A stretch of 64,000 bases of DNA, taken from positions 192,001 through 256,000 of the forward strand of contig CBDDBZ010000039.1 of assembly GCA_965225945.1 (NCBI GenBank). The letters run 5' to 3'. Of the stretch, positions 9,697-19,699 are shown piece after piece. Origin of the DNA: Alphaproteobacteria bacterium (GTDB lineage: Bacteria > Pseudomonadota > Alphaproteobacteria > GCA-2731375). Position numbers and translations under genes: made by a program. Position 1 is the stretch's first letter. Each line of letters starts with the position of its first letter. The notes beneath the pieces were generated by a model, which was given only the letters and a program-made list of their open reading frames with translations, ran no database searches and had not been told where the DNA came from.

Positions 9697-10703
9697 CCGA
9701 GGGCAACATGGCGCCTGAGTTGGGGGTCGGACTCTACCGGGGGATGGCGGTGATCCGCCGCTTCGAGGAGCGGGTGGTCGAGCTGATCGACGCCGGCGAG
9801 ATCGCCGCCCACGCGCATGAATACGTCGGCCAGGAGGCGGTCGCCATCGGCGTCGCCTCGGCGCTTCGCCTGGACGACGTCATCACCTCGACCCACCGGG
9901 GCCATGGTCACGTGCTGGCCAAGGGCGCCACGCCGGCGGCGATGTTCGCCGAACTGCTGGGGCGCGAGAGCGGCTGCAACCGAGGGCGTGGCGGCTCGAT
10001 GCATATCGCCGAGCTTTCGCTCGGGATTTACGGCGCCAACGGCATCGTCGGTGCCGGCGCGCCGATCGCCTGTGGCGCGGCGCGGATCTTTCGCGATTCC
10101 GGCTCGGGCCGCGTGGCCGTGCCGTTCTTCGGCGATGGCGCGATGAACCAGGGGGTGGTGCTGGAGAGCTTGAACCTGGCGGCGATCTGGAAGCTGCCGG
10201 TGGTCTTCGTCTGCGAAAATAACCTCTATGCCATGACCTCGCCGATTCACCAGATGGCGGTGGGCGAGCTTCATGTTCGCGCCGCCGCCTTCGGCCTGGG
10301 GACGCAAGTGGTGGACGGCATGGACGTGCTGGCCGTCCGCGAGGCGGCGAGGAGCCTGGTCGAGCGGGCCCGCCAGGGCGAGGGCGCCGGCTTCCTCGAA
10401 TGCCGCACCTATCGCTTCTCCGGCCACTTCACCTTGGAGCGGGGCCGCGATTTCGGCTACCGCACGGCGGCGGAGATCGCGGAATGGCGCCGCCGCGATC
10501 CCTTGGACGTGCTGGCCTCGAAGCTCGACGCGGAGAGCGCCTGGGCGAGCGAGGATCGCAACGAAATCGACGCCGACGTCGCGGCCGAGATCGAGGTGGC
10601 GGTGGAGACGGCCCGGGCCGGCGCCTGGCCGGACGGGAATAGCGCGCTCGACCACATGTATGCCCGGAGCTATCCCGGCTTTCCGGCGGGGGTCGAGGGA
10701 TGA
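9693..10703 (+). CDS. ThDP-dependent dehydrogenase E1 alpha subunit (acetoin/pyruvate dehydrogenase family)
   Basis: GQEAVA, STHRGHGH, GRGGSMH, FFGDGA...CENN, TYRFSGH. Confidence 0.9.
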   Translation: MTEGNMAPELGVGLYRGMAVIRRFEERVVELIDAGEIAAHAHEYVGQEAVAIGVASALRLDDVITSTHRGHGHVLAKGATPAAMFAELLGRESGCNRGRGGSMHIAELSLGIYGANGIVGAGAPIACGAARIFRDSGSGRVAVPFFGDGAMNQGVVLESLNLAAIWKLPVVFVCENNLYAMTSPIHQMAVGELHVRAAAFGLGTQVVDGMDVLAVREAARSLVERARQGEGAGFLECRTYRFSGHFTLERGRDFGYRTAAEIAEWRRRDPLDVLASKLDAESAWASEDRNEIDADVAAEIEVAVETARAGAWPDGNSALDHMYARSYPGFPAGVEG

Positions 10704-11677
10704 CGCGCGAGCTCGGCTACATCGAGGCCTTGAACGAGGCGCTGCACCACGAAATGGCGCGCGACGCGAAGGTGATCTTGGTGGGCGAGGACATTCGCGG
10801 CTCCTTCCGGGGCGAGACCAGGGGAATCGAGGCGGCCTTCGGTGCCGACCGGATCATCGACATGCCGGTCTCGGAGGCCGCGATGATCGGCCTCGCCACC
10901 GGCGCGGCGCTGGCCGGCGCCCGCCCGGTGGTGCAGTTCCAGGTCTCTTCCCTGATCTTTCCGGCCTTCGACCAACTGGTCAACCAGGCGGCCAAGCTAC
11001 CCTTGATGCTGGGCGGGCAGGGCCACGTGGCGGCGACCTATCTGGTGATGGGCTCGGGCGCCGCCGGCGGCCGCGCGGGCCAGCACTCCGACAATCCCTA
11101 CGCTTATCTGATCCACGCCGGCATCAAGTCGGTGGCGCCTTCGACGCCGGCCGACGCCAAGGGCTTGACCATCGCCGCGATCCGGGAAGACGATCCGGTG
11201 GCAATCTTCGTGCCGGCGAGCGCCGCCGGGATTCGCGGGCCCGTGGCGGCGGCGGGCGAGCCGATCCCGCTCGGCCGAGGTGTCGTTCGCCGCGTTGGTC
11301 GCGACCTCACCATCGTCGCGGTCGGTCATCTGGTGGCAGACGCGCTGGTCGCGGCCGAGAGCTTGGGCGAGGACGGCATCGAGGCCTGCGTGTGGGAGCC
11401 GCGCTCGCTCCTGCCGCTCGATCGCGACGGCTTGGCAGCGGCGGTCGAGGCGACCGGCCGGGTGGTGATCTTCGACGATTCCGCGCGTAGTTGCGGCTTT
11501 GCGGCCGAGTTGGCGGCGAGTATCGCCGAGCGTTGTCATGGCGCGCTGAAGGCACCGCTGCGGCGCATCACCCGGGCCGACGTGACGATCCCTTACAGCC
11601 GGCCGCTGGAGGCCCGCGTGCTACCGGACCGCGCCCGCCTGGAAGCCGCCGCGCGGGCGTTGGTCGGGGTCGGCTGA
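10700..11677 (+). CDS. ThDP-dependent dehydrogenase E1 beta subunit
   Basis: EALNEAL, GEDI, DMPVSE, GARPVV, AGQHS, PSTPADAKG; ATGA coupling to the alpha gene. Confidence 0.9.
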   Translation: MTRELGYIEALNEALHHEMARDAKVILVGEDIRGSFRGETRGIEAAFGADRIIDMPVSEAAMIGLATGAALAGARPVVQFQVSSLIFPAFDQLVNQAAKLPLMLGGQGHVAATYLVMGSGAAGGRAGQHSDNPYAYLIHAGIKSVAPSTPADAKGLTIAAIREDDPVAIFVPASAAGIRGPVAAAGEPIPLGRGVVRRVGRDLTIVAVGHLVADALVAAESLGEDGIEACVWEPRSLLPLDRDGLAAAVEATGRVVIFDDSARSCGFAAELAASIAERCHGALKAPLRRITRADVTIPYSRPLEARVLPDRARLEAAARALVGVG

Positions 11678-11684
11678 CGCGCTA

Positions 11685-12869
11685 TCAAGCCGCCTCGAAG
11701 ACCAGGGGAAAGCGTTCCAGGCCGCGGATGATGGGGCCGGCGGTGCGGCTCGGCGCTTTGTCGGGGTCGGGGCCGATGTGGCGGAACTTTCGGTCCGCCG
11801 CCTCGGCGAAAATGCGCGCCTCGAGCCGGGCCAGCGGCGCGCCCAGGCAATAATGCACGCCGTAGCCGAAGCCGAGCTGCTTGGTGTTGTCGCGGGCGAT
11901 GTCGAAACGATCCGGCGCCTCGAACACCGTCTCGTCCCGGTTGGCCGCGCCAAATAGCAGCAGCACCCGGGCGCCCTCGGGGATCGTGACGTCGTGCACC
12001 ACCACCTCCTCGGTGAGGGAGCGGAAGAAGAGCTGGACCGGCGTGTCGTAGCGCAACGCCTCCTCGACCATGGCGGGCATGCGCTCGGGATGGCCCCGAA
12101 GCTTGCGCCGCTGGTCCGGGAATTCGAACAGTGCCAGCGCCGCGTTGGTGATCAGGTTGGTGGTGGTCTCGTTGCCGGCGACCAACAGCAACTGGCAGAA
12201 GTTCAGGATCTCCGAATCGGTCAATCGATCGCCGTCGATCTCGGCGTGGGCCAGCAGGCTCACCAGATCCTCCCTCGGCCGGGCGCGGCGGGCCTCGATC
12301 ACCTGGGAGAAATAAGCCCGGAACTCGTTCCACATCGCCTCGACCCGCGCCCGCTCGCGCACCGGGCTCGCGTCGGAGAGGAATTCCACCGACTGGTCCG
12401 ACCAGCGCTTGAGGTCTTCCCGCCGGTCGGGCTCCACCCCCAGCAGCTCGGCGATCACGATCACCGGCAGCGGGAAGGCGAGGTCGGCCACCAGCTCGAA
12501 GGAGCTCTTGGCGATCACCTCGTCCAACAGATCCTCGACGATGGCGCGGATACGATCCTCCAGCCCTTCGATCACCCGGGGGCTGAAGGCCTTGGCGACG
12601 AGGCTCCTGAGCCGGGTGTGGATCGGCGGGTCGAAGGAGATCATCTGGTTGGCCGGCGCGCGGGCCAGACCGATGCCCTCGGCCGAGGAGAACAGGTTGG
12701 CCATCCGCGCCGCCCACTGCACGTCGGCATGGCGGCTCAGGACCCAGAAGTCGCGTTCCTCGTTGTAATAGACCGGTGCTTCGCGCCGGAGCCAGGCATA
12801 GAACGGGTAGGGGTCTTCGCGCGCCTCGGGCGAGAACGGGTCGAAGCAACTGATCTCTCGCGCGAGCAT
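11685..12869 (-). CDS. Cytochrome P450
   Basis: DPPIHTRLR, AGNETT I-helix, EEALR, FGYGVHYCLG heme motif. Confidence 0.95.
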   Translation of the reverse strand: MLAREISCFDPFSPEAREDPYPFYAWLRREAPVYYNEERDFWVLSRHADVQWAARMANLFSSAEGIGLARAPANQMISFDPPIHTRLRSLVAKAFSPRVIEGLEDRIRAIVEDLLDEVIAKSSFELVADLAFPLPVIVIAELLGVEPDRREDLKRWSDQSVEFLSDASPVRERARVEAMWNEFRAYFSQVIEARRARPREDLVSLLAHAEIDGDRLTDSEILNFCQLLLVAGNETTTNLITNAALALFEFPDQRRKLRGHPERMPAMVEEALRYDTPVQLFFRSLTEEVVVHDVTIPEGARVLLLFGAANRDETVFEAPDRFDIARDNTKQLGFGYGVHYCLGAPLARLEARIFAEAADRKFRHIGPDPDKAPSRTAGPIIRGLERFPLVFEAA

Positions 12870-12904
12870 TCTCGCCCCTCCCTGTCGTTGGGGGCCCCGT
12901 GGCT

Positions 12905-13351
12905 TCAGCCGAGATCCGCCAGCACCTCGGCCGGATGATCCGCCGGCGCCACCTCGGGATAGACCTTGGCGACCCGCCCCTCCGCATCGAGCAAATAGCT
13001 GATCCGTCGAGCCCTCGGCGCATCGGGGCCCTCGATTGCGCCATAGGCGAGACTCATCGACTTATCGACGTCGCACAACAGGTCGAAGGGGAAGGAGAAC
13101 TTGTCGCGAAAATGCTTGTTCTCCGCTTGGCTATCGCAGCTTATCCCGACGATCACGGCGTTCTTGGCCTCGAATTCGGGGGCTCGATCACGGAACCCCT
13201 CGCCTTCGCGGGTTCACCCGCGGGTGTCGGCCTTGGGATACCACCAGAGGACCACGTTGCGCCCGCCGAGGCTCGCCAGCGAGACGGTCTCGCCGTCCTG
13301 ATTTGCCACGGCGAAATCGGGGGCCGGATCCGAAACGTTCAATAGCGCCAT
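12905..13351 (-). CDS. Peroxiredoxin (BCP/AhpC-TSA family), probable selenoprotein with in-frame TGA at 13214-13216
   Basis: Continuous frame MALLNVSDPAPDF...WYPKADTRG(TGA)TREGEGFRD...; TGA sits at the peroxidatic Cys of PxxxTxxC; hairpin at 13179-13199. Confidence 0.82.
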
Positions 13352-13428
13352 CTCTCGCTCCCTGAAGCGGTCGCCTCGAACACCTCGCGGCGACCGGGCC
13401 GCCATTCTTTCCGCCAGCTGCGAATACT

Positions 13429-14319
13429 TCAAGGCCAATCCACTTCGTCGATTCCGACCAGGCGGCTGGGGGCCGCCAGCTCGGCGGCGGTATTGGCGAG
13501 GGCGAAGTCGGCCGCCACTCTCGGGGCTTCGGCGCCGAGCCGCGCCCGCAGGTAGGAGGCGAGGAAGACGTCGCCCGCACCGGTCGGGTCCAGGGTGTCG
13601 ACGGGGGTGCACTCGAGGCGGTGCACCGCGCCCTCGGCGGCGAGCACGATGCCGTCGAGCGAACAGGTGATCAACACCTCCATCGCCGGATGGCGCGCGG
13701 CCAGGCGGCCGGCGGCGAGCATGGGATCGTCGTCGCCGACGATCAACGCGGCTTCCCCCCTGTCGGCCTTCAGGATCGCGCAGGCCGGCAGCAGCTCGGC
13801 CAGCCGCTCCGAGAGCGCCGGCACCACCCGGCCGGCGGCGATCGCGCGGGTATAGCCCTGCGCGTCGAGGGCAATTCTGGCGCCGCTGTCGAGCACCGCG
13901 GCGATCCCGTCCGGCGCGATGTCGTCGGGATGGAGCGGGCCCAGATGCACGAAGTCGGCGCCGGCGATCGCCCGGGCGATGGCCGGCGCGCGAATCGGCG
14001 CCGCCACGTGACCGACCCGCTGGCTGCGCGCGCCCTCGGCGTCGTAGTCGTTATGGAAGACCGTGGTCGCGGCGTCGTCCTGGCCGTGGAGCGCGATGCC
14101 GCGCGCCGCCAGCGCGGCGCGGAGCTTGGAATCGCCGGGCGCGAGGCAGGTGGCGATCGCGGTCTCGACGCCGAGGCCGGCCAGGATCGCGGCGGCATGC
14201 CAGACCACGCCGCCGATCTGCGTCGCCCTTCGGCCCTCGAGCGTCACCACGTCGCGGGTGAGCGAGCCGACGACGGCGACGCGGTGGCGGGCGGGCGGGG
14301 TGGTGGAATTGTCGGACAT
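13429..14319 (-). CDS. PfkB family carbohydrate kinase
   Basis: VVGSLTRD, IGG, LDAQG, C-terminal DPTGAGDVF signature. Confidence 0.85.
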   Translation of the reverse strand: MSDNSTTPPARHRVAVVGSLTRDVVTLEGRRATQIGGVVWHAAAILAGLGVETAIATCLAPGDSKLRAALAARGIALHGQDDAATTVFHNDYDAEGARSQRVGHVAAPIRAPAIARAIAGADFVHLGPLHPDDIAPDGIAAVLDSGARIALDAQGYTRAIAAGRVVPALSERLAELLPACAILKADRGEAALIVGDDDPMLAAGRLAARHPAMEVLITCSLDGIVLAAEGAVHRLECTPVDTLDPTGAGDVFLASYLRARLGAEAPRVAADFALANTAAELAAPSRLVGIDEVDWP

Positions 14320-14337
14320 CACCGGGCCTCTCGCGAT

Positions 14338-14508
14338 CTAGCGCGCGCGGAGTCGCTCGCCGGGCTCGACCGGCTGGCCGCCCCAACGCCGGGAGATGGC
14401 GAGGCCGAGGAGCCCGGCTTCCGCCAGCGCGCGCCAGAGATCGGGAGGAAAGCGACTCTCGCGCCACGGCCCGGGCCGGCCGGCGACCCGCTCGACCAGT
14501 TCGCTCAT
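14338..14508 (-). pseudogene. Acyl-CoA dehydrogenase N-terminal remnant
   Basis: FPPDLWRALAEAGLLGLAISRRWGG matches the ACAD N-terminal helix motif; stops after 56 aa; start overlaps the SDR stop. Confidence 0.65.
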
Positions 14509-15350
14509 GGCCCGCTCGACACTTGATCCGGGTGATAGACCTTGATCGGCCGGTACGACTTGTAGATCTCCCTCTGGTCGGCCCACATCACGCCGGTGGC
14601 GGCGCCCCCGTCGACGACCAGCGTCTGGCCGGTGACGAAGCTCGAGCGGTCGCTGGCCAGAAACAGCGCCATCTGGGCGATATCGTCGGGCCGCCCGACC
14701 CGGGGGATCGGCTGCCGCGTGGCATAGTCGGCGAGACGCTCCTCGATCAGCGAATCGGGCCGCCCGACCGTGTTGGCGGCCAGCGGCGTCGCGATATAGC
14801 CGGGGCAGATGCAGTTGACGCGGATGTCGTGCTCGCCCAGCTCCATCGCCACCAGTTTGCTCAGATGCACGACGGCGGCCTTGGCGGCGGAATAGACGAT
14901 CGGCCCCCGCCCCGCCGTCACCCCGGCGATGGAGCCGGTATTGATGATGCTGCCGCCGCCGCGGCGCTTCATGACCGGAACCGCGTGCTTCATGCCGAGG
15001 AAGACGCCGCGTACCAGCACGTCGAAGGTCATGTCGAACTCGTCGAGGGGGATCGCCTCGATGGGGCCCAGCACGCCGCCGAAGCCGGCGTTGTTGAAGA
15101 TGCAATCGAGCCGCCCCCAGGTCTCGACCGCGGCGGCGATCGCGGCGGCGATCTGGTCCTCCCGGCGGACCTCGACCTGGGCGAAGATCGCCGCCTCGCC
15201 CAATTCCTCGACCAGCGCCCTGCCGCGTGTCGCTTGCATGTCGGCGACCACGACGCGCGCGCCCTCGGCGAGGAAGAGCCGCGCCGTGGCCGCACCGATG
15301 CCGCTCGCCCCGCCGGTGATGAGCGCGACCTTGCCGTCCAGTTCCGCCAT
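14505..15350 (-). CDS. SDR family oxidoreductase
   Basis: TGGASGIG, NNAG, YSAAK, IRVNCICPG. Confidence 0.92.
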   Translation of the reverse strand: MAELDGKVALITGGASGIGAATARLFLAEGARVVVADMQATRGRALVEELGEAAIFAQVEVRREDQIAAAIAAAVETWGRLDCIFNNAGFGGVLGPIEAIPLDEFDMTFDVLVRGVFLGMKHAVPVMKRRGGGSIINTGSIAGVTAGRGPIVYSAAKAAVVHLSKLVAMELGEHDIRVNCICPGYIATPLAANTVGRPDSLIEERLADYATRQPIPRVGRPDDIAQMALFLASDRSSFVTGQTLVVDGGAATGVMWADQREIYKSYRPIKVYHPDQVSSGP

Positions 15351-15407
15351 CCGTATTTCCTCCCTCGCTGGAGCGCTTCAGGTTTGCAGCGAATCGCCGG
15401 GCGCCGA

Positions 15408-16166
15408 TCAGAAGGCGTAGCGCCGGGCGCCGCCGTCGACGTGGATCACCTGGCCGGTGATATAGCGGGCACGGGGCGAGCAGAGGAAGGCCACCAACAC
15501 CGCCAGATCCTCGGCCTCGCCGATGTAGCCGGCCGGGCAGTTGGCCTCGACCCAGGCGCGCTGGGCCGCCTCCGTCGGCAACAGGCGTTGGTCGATCTGC
15601 TCGGAATGAATGCGCCCCGGCGGGATCGAGTTGATGGTGACGCCATCGCCCCCGACCTCGCGGCTCAAGGCCTTGGACCAGAGGTGGATGGCGCCGTTGG
15701 GCGGCACCGCCGCGTTCATGCCCGCCGGTTCGTCCCCGCCGGTTACGTTGACGATGCGCCCGAAGCCCCGCGCGCGCATCGCCGGCACGAAGGCGTGAGC
15801 CAGTCGGCGCGCCGAGATGTAGTTGAGCTCCATCGCCTCCGACCACTCTTCTTCCTCGCCCAAGCCCTGCATCGGTCGCGAGCCCCCGGCGTTGTTGACC
15901 AGGATGTCGAGGTGGCCGAAGTGTCCCTCGACCGCCGCCTGGACGCGCGCCGCCATGCCCTCGCTGGTGAGGTCCTCGACGATCATCGCCGGGCGTTCGG
16001 CGCCGCCGGCGGCGATGGCGTCGGCAACCTCCGCCAGCAGGTTTTCGCGCCGCGCGAGGATCGCCACGCGGCAACCCTCCGCCGCCAGCAGCTCGGCGAT
16101 GGCGCGGCCGATGCCGATGCTGGCGCCGGTGACGAGGGCGGTCTTGCCCGTCAATCGAAGCTCCAT
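15408..16166 (-). CDS. SDR family oxidoreductase, atypical (no YxxxK)
   Basis: TGASIGIG, LVNNAG, INSIPPGRI, ITGQVIHVDGG. Confidence 0.88.
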   Translation of the reverse strand: MELRLTGKTALVTGASIGIGRAIAELLAAEGCRVAILARRENLLAEVADAIAAGGAERPAMIVEDLTSEGMAARVQAAVEGHFGHLDILVNNAGGSRPMQGLGEEEEWSEAMELNYISARRLAHAFVPAMRARGFGRIVNVTGGDEPAGMNAAVPPNGAIHLWSKALSREVGGDGVTINSIPPGRIHSEQIDQRLLPTEAAQRAWVEANCPAGYIGEAEDLAVLVAFLCSPRARYITGQVIHVDGGARRYAF

Positions 16167-16312
16167 GATGGCCTCTCCCATACCAACCGCCATAAATGGC
16201 GACTTCCAGCCGCCCCGCTACCTCGGCCAAACGACCGAAGGATACCATGCACGGGTAGTTTGCTGGGGGAGCCGGGCGGCCGGACCCTTTGCCATACCTT
16301 CCTCTCGGAGTT

Positions 16313-17515
16313 TCAGGCCGAGGTGTCGGCGCGGCGGCGGATGGCCAGCCAGGCGAGGCCCGCGAGGACGATGCCCATCGCCGGCAAGGCGGCGCCGTTG
16401 ACCGCGATCCAGCCGATCTCGCTGTAGAGCGCGCCCGACCCGAAGGCCGCGATCGCGGTCGTCGAGAAGACGATGAACTCGTTGGCGGCCTGAGTCTTGG
16501 CCCGTTCCTCAATCGTATAGGCCTCGGTCAGCAGTGCCGTGGCGCCGACGAACATGAAATTCCAGCCGAGGCCCAGAGCCACGAGCCCGGTCCAGAAATT
16601 GAAGAAGTCGATTCCAACGATGTTGGTGGTGAGGCTGATCGCCAGCAACCCACCGCCGAGCGCGATAATGCAGGTCACGCCGAAGCGCTGGATCAGGTGG
16701 CCGGTGAAGAAGCTGGGCGCATACATCGCCAAGATATGCCATTGGATGACCGTCGCGGTCTGGTTGAAAGCGAAGCCGTGGCCGGTCATCGCCAATGGCG
16801 TCGCCGTCATCACCAGGATCATCGAAGCATAGGCAATTGCCGCCGCCAGCACGGCGACGAGGAAGACGGGTTGGCGGGCAATGACGTGAAGCGGCCTTCC
16901 GCTACTCGCGCGCTGTTCCGCCGTCAGCCCGGGAATGCGCAAGCCTTGCAGAGTCGCCAGCGCGACGAGCCCCAGCACGACGACCACCGCGTAGCAGCCG
17001 GCATAGAGGTACCCCATGAACAACTCGGTGGACACCTTGGCCAGCTCGCCGCCCACTATCGCCGCGACCACACCGCCCGCCAGCACGAGCGAGATCGCCT
17101 TGCTCTTGAAATCCTCCGGCGCCGTATCGGCCGCCGCGAAGCGGTAGTATTGAATGAAGGATTGTGCAAAGCCGGTAAGGATGCAGGAGAGCGCGAAGAG
17201 GCTGAAACTGGCGCTCAGGATCGCGACGAACCCCAGCGCGCCACCGGCCGCGTAAAGCACTGCGCCGAGCGAGAGACCGGCGCGACGGCCATAGCGGCGC
17301 ATCAGTTGCGCGGCCGGAATGGTCATGCACATCGTCGCCGTCCACTGGAAGGCGATCGGCAGGGTCGCCAACGACTTGTCGTCGGCCAGGATCTGCCCGA
17401 CCAGCGCGGCGACCGCGATCAGTATTGTGTTACCGGAGCTGGCGAGGGCCTGGCAGCTCGCCAGCAGCAGGACGTTGCGTCGAGGTGGATCGGTAAAATA
17501 GGCCGCCAGCGCCAT
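16313..17515 (-). CDS. MFS transporter
   Basis: About 12 hydrophobic segments; YYRFAAAD, AISLVLAGG, GWNFMFVGAT. Confidence 0.9.
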   Translation of the reverse strand: MALAAYFTDPPRRNVLLLASCQALASSGNTILIAVAALVGQILADDKSLATLPIAFQWTATMCMTIPAAQLMRRYGRRAGLSLGAVLYAAGGALGFVAILSASFSLFALSCILTGFAQSFIQYYRFAAADTAPEDFKSKAISLVLAGGVVAAIVGGELAKVSTELFMGYLYAGCYAVVVVLGLVALATLQGLRIPGLTAEQRASSGRPLHVIARQPVFLVAVLAAAIAYASMILVMTATPLAMTGHGFAFNQTATVIQWHILAMYAPSFFTGHLIQRFGVTCIIALGGGLLAISLTTNIVGIDFFNFWTGLVALGLGWNFMFVGATALLTEAYTIEERAKTQAANEFIVFSTTAIAAFGSGALYSEIGWIAVNGAALPAMGIVLAGLAWLAIRRRADTSA

Positions 17516-17562
17516 TACCGCCGCCTATCGCCCGGAACGGTCAGGACTCGCGTCGATTGGTA

Positions 17563-18507
17563 TCACTCCGCCGCCGCGCCGGCCGCTTGGGCGCCGTAGA
17601 CCGGCGTGCGCCACTCGCCGTGATCGGGGATCGTGCCGCGCACCAATGCCTCGTAGTGCTCCCAGAGGCCGGCGGTAATGGGTCCGATCTCGCCCTCGCC
17701 GACGGGAATCGAATCGACCGAGACGATTGGGTGCACCTCGTAGGTCGAGCCGCAGAAGAACAGCTCCTCCGCGATGTAGAGCTCGGTCCGGTCGATCGGC
17801 CGCTCGACCGGAGCGAGGGCGAACTTTTCCGCCAGCGCGCGCAGCAGGGTGTCGCGGGTGACGCTCTCCAGGATGCCGGCGGTGATCGGCGGCGTCACCG
17901 GCTGACCGTTTCGGATCATGATGATGCAGGCGCCCGCGCCCTCCGCCACCTTGCCGTCGGGGGTGAGGAAGATCGCCTCGTCGTAGCCGCCTTCGCGCGC
18001 CTCCATCAGGCCGAGGCGGCCGTTCTGGTAGTTGGCGGCGCTCTTCAGCCGGCCCGGCACGCTGGCATCGTCGATCCGCCGCCACGAGGTGACCATGGCG
18101 CGGGTCTTCTTCGCCTCGAAGCTCATGGGCGAGCCCGGCTCGGTGCCGCACATGAGGCCTAGCGGGCCCCGCGCGTCCATGAAGCCCTCGCCCAGCACGT
18201 AGGCCGAGAGGCGGATACCGACGTCGCCGCGGTGAGCATTGGCGCGCAACGTGGCGAGCACCGTCTCCTCCAGCTCGGCGAGCGCGGGGATCTCCGCATA
18301 GCGCATCACCTTCATGCCGTCCCTGAGGCGCTCCAGATGCTCGCGGAGGCGGAAGATGTAGAGTTCCTGGAGATCGCCGTTCCAATAGGCCCGGATGCCC
18401 TCGAAGAGGTGCACGGCGAAGCGGACCGCGGGCGAGTAGACATGGACCTTGGCTTCGGCGAACGGCACCAACTCGCCGTCCAAATGGATGAATTCGGCGT
18501 CCGTCAC
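17563..18507 (-). CDS. Branched-chain amino acid aminotransferase (class IV PLP)
   Basis: LFEGIRAY, FRLREHLERL, KSAANY, EGAGAC, ILESVTR; GTG start after a GGAGGAG RBS. Confidence 0.9.
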   Translation of the reverse strand: MTDAEFIHLDGELVPFAEAKVHVYSPAVRFAVHLFEGIRAYWNGDLQELYIFRLREHLERLRDGMKVMRYAEIPALAELEETVLATLRANAHRGDVGIRLSAYVLGEGFMDARGPLGLMCGTEPGSPMSFEAKKTRAMVTSWRRIDDASVPGRLKSAANYQNGRLGLMEAREGGYDEAIFLTPDGKVAEGAGACIIMIRNGQPVTPPITAGILESVTRDTLLRALAEKFALAPVERPIDRTELYIAEELFFCGSTYEVHPIVSVDSIPVGEGEIGPITAGLWEHYEALVRGTIPDHGEWRTPVYGAQAAGAAAE

Positions 18508-18649
18508 GTTTCTCCTCCTCGAGATTTTGTCACCACGCTGGCGCGTGGCATGGCCCGGCCGGCCCGCCGCGCGAGCGGCGATCATCGAAGACTCCGGCCG
18601 GGGGAGAGGCCGGCTCCGGCGACTTTCGAGTCAAGCCCAGCCCCCGGGA

Positions 18650-19615
18650 TCAGCCGGCGAGCTCCGGCACGATCCAAAGCGGCGCCTCGCCGCGCTCGAC
18701 GCGCGCGACGTTGTCGAAGGCGTTGCGGAGCCGCGCGATGTTGCTCTCCTGGGTCGGGCCGGCGAGATGCGCGCTCAGCGTCACGTTGTCGAGCGCGAAC
18801 AGGGGATTGTCGGGCGCCGGCGGCTCCTGCTCGTAGACGTCGAGCCCGGCGCCCCAGATCCGCCGCTCCCTGAGCGCCTCGATCAGCGCGGCCTCGTCCA
18901 CCACCGGGCCCCGGCTGGTGTTGACCAGGATCGCCGAGGGCTTCATCAACGCCAGCTCGCCGGCCCCGATCAGGCCGCGGGTCGACTCGTTCAGCGCCAC
19001 GTGCAGCGAGACGACGTCGCTTTCCATCAGCAACTCCTTCAAGAGGCGATAGCGGACGTCGAGCGCGTCCTCCTCCGCCTCGGTGAGCCGGCGGATGTCG
19101 TGATAGACCACCCTCATCCCGAAGGCTTGCGCCAGGCGGGCGGTCTTCTTGCCGATATTGGAGAAGCCGATGATGCCGAGCCGCTTCTCGCGCACCTCGT
19201 GCAGGTCGGGCGAGGCGTTGCCGCGCCAGCGCCCGCTTCTGACGTCGTCGTGCTGGCGCACCAGTTGGCGCGAGGCCGCCAGCATCAGCAGGATCGCGTG
19301 CTCGGAGACGGCGACCGAATTGGCCCCGCCGTTGTTGGCCAGCGGCACGCCCGCGGCCCGCGCGGCATCGAGATCGGCGGCGTCGTAGCCGGCGCTCAAG
19401 ACCTGCACCAGCTTGAGCCGGGGCGCGGCCCGGTAGAGCTCGTCGCGCACCAGGGCGGCGACGAAGCCGACGAGATATTCGGCCGTGGGAAGGGCGGCCT
19501 CGTATTCCGGGCCGCCGCCCTGGACGAGCGAGAGCTCGAAGCCCGAGGGCGCGATCCGCCGCGCCAGTTCGCTGTCCGTCAACGGGCTGTCGACGAAGAC
19601 GATATGTCCGCTCAT
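18650..19615 (-). CDS. D-2-hydroxyacid dehydrogenase family protein
   Basis: AGYD, ANSVAVSEH, GIIGFSNIG, VNTSRG, GLDVY, HLAG. Confidence 0.9.
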   Translation of the reverse strand: MSGHIVFVDSPLTDSELARRIAPSGFELSLVQGGGPEYEAALPTAEYLVGFVAALVRDELYRAAPRLKLVQVLSAGYDAADLDAARAAGVPLANNGGANSVAVSEHAILLMLAASRQLVRQHDDVRSGRWRGNASPDLHEVREKRLGIIGFSNIGKKTARLAQAFGMRVVYHDIRRLTEAEEDALDVRYRLLKELLMESDVVSLHVALNESTRGLIGAGELALMKPSAILVNTSRGPVVDEAALIEALRERRIWGAGLDVYEQEPPAPDNPLFALDNVTLSAHLAGPTQESNIARLRNAFDNVARVERGEAPLWIVPELAG

Positions 19616-19699
19616 GTCTTGCTCCTGCCCACCACGACGAGGGGCGGGGGCTCGCTTCCGCCGCCCGCCCCCCCCCCCCCCCGAGGCCTCGAGCCTCGC

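Noticed and set aside
19668-19682. Poly-C tract (and poly-G near 2375) as phase-variation switches
   Set aside because: Intergenic and next to GC-rich hairpins; homopolymer length is unreliable without reads.
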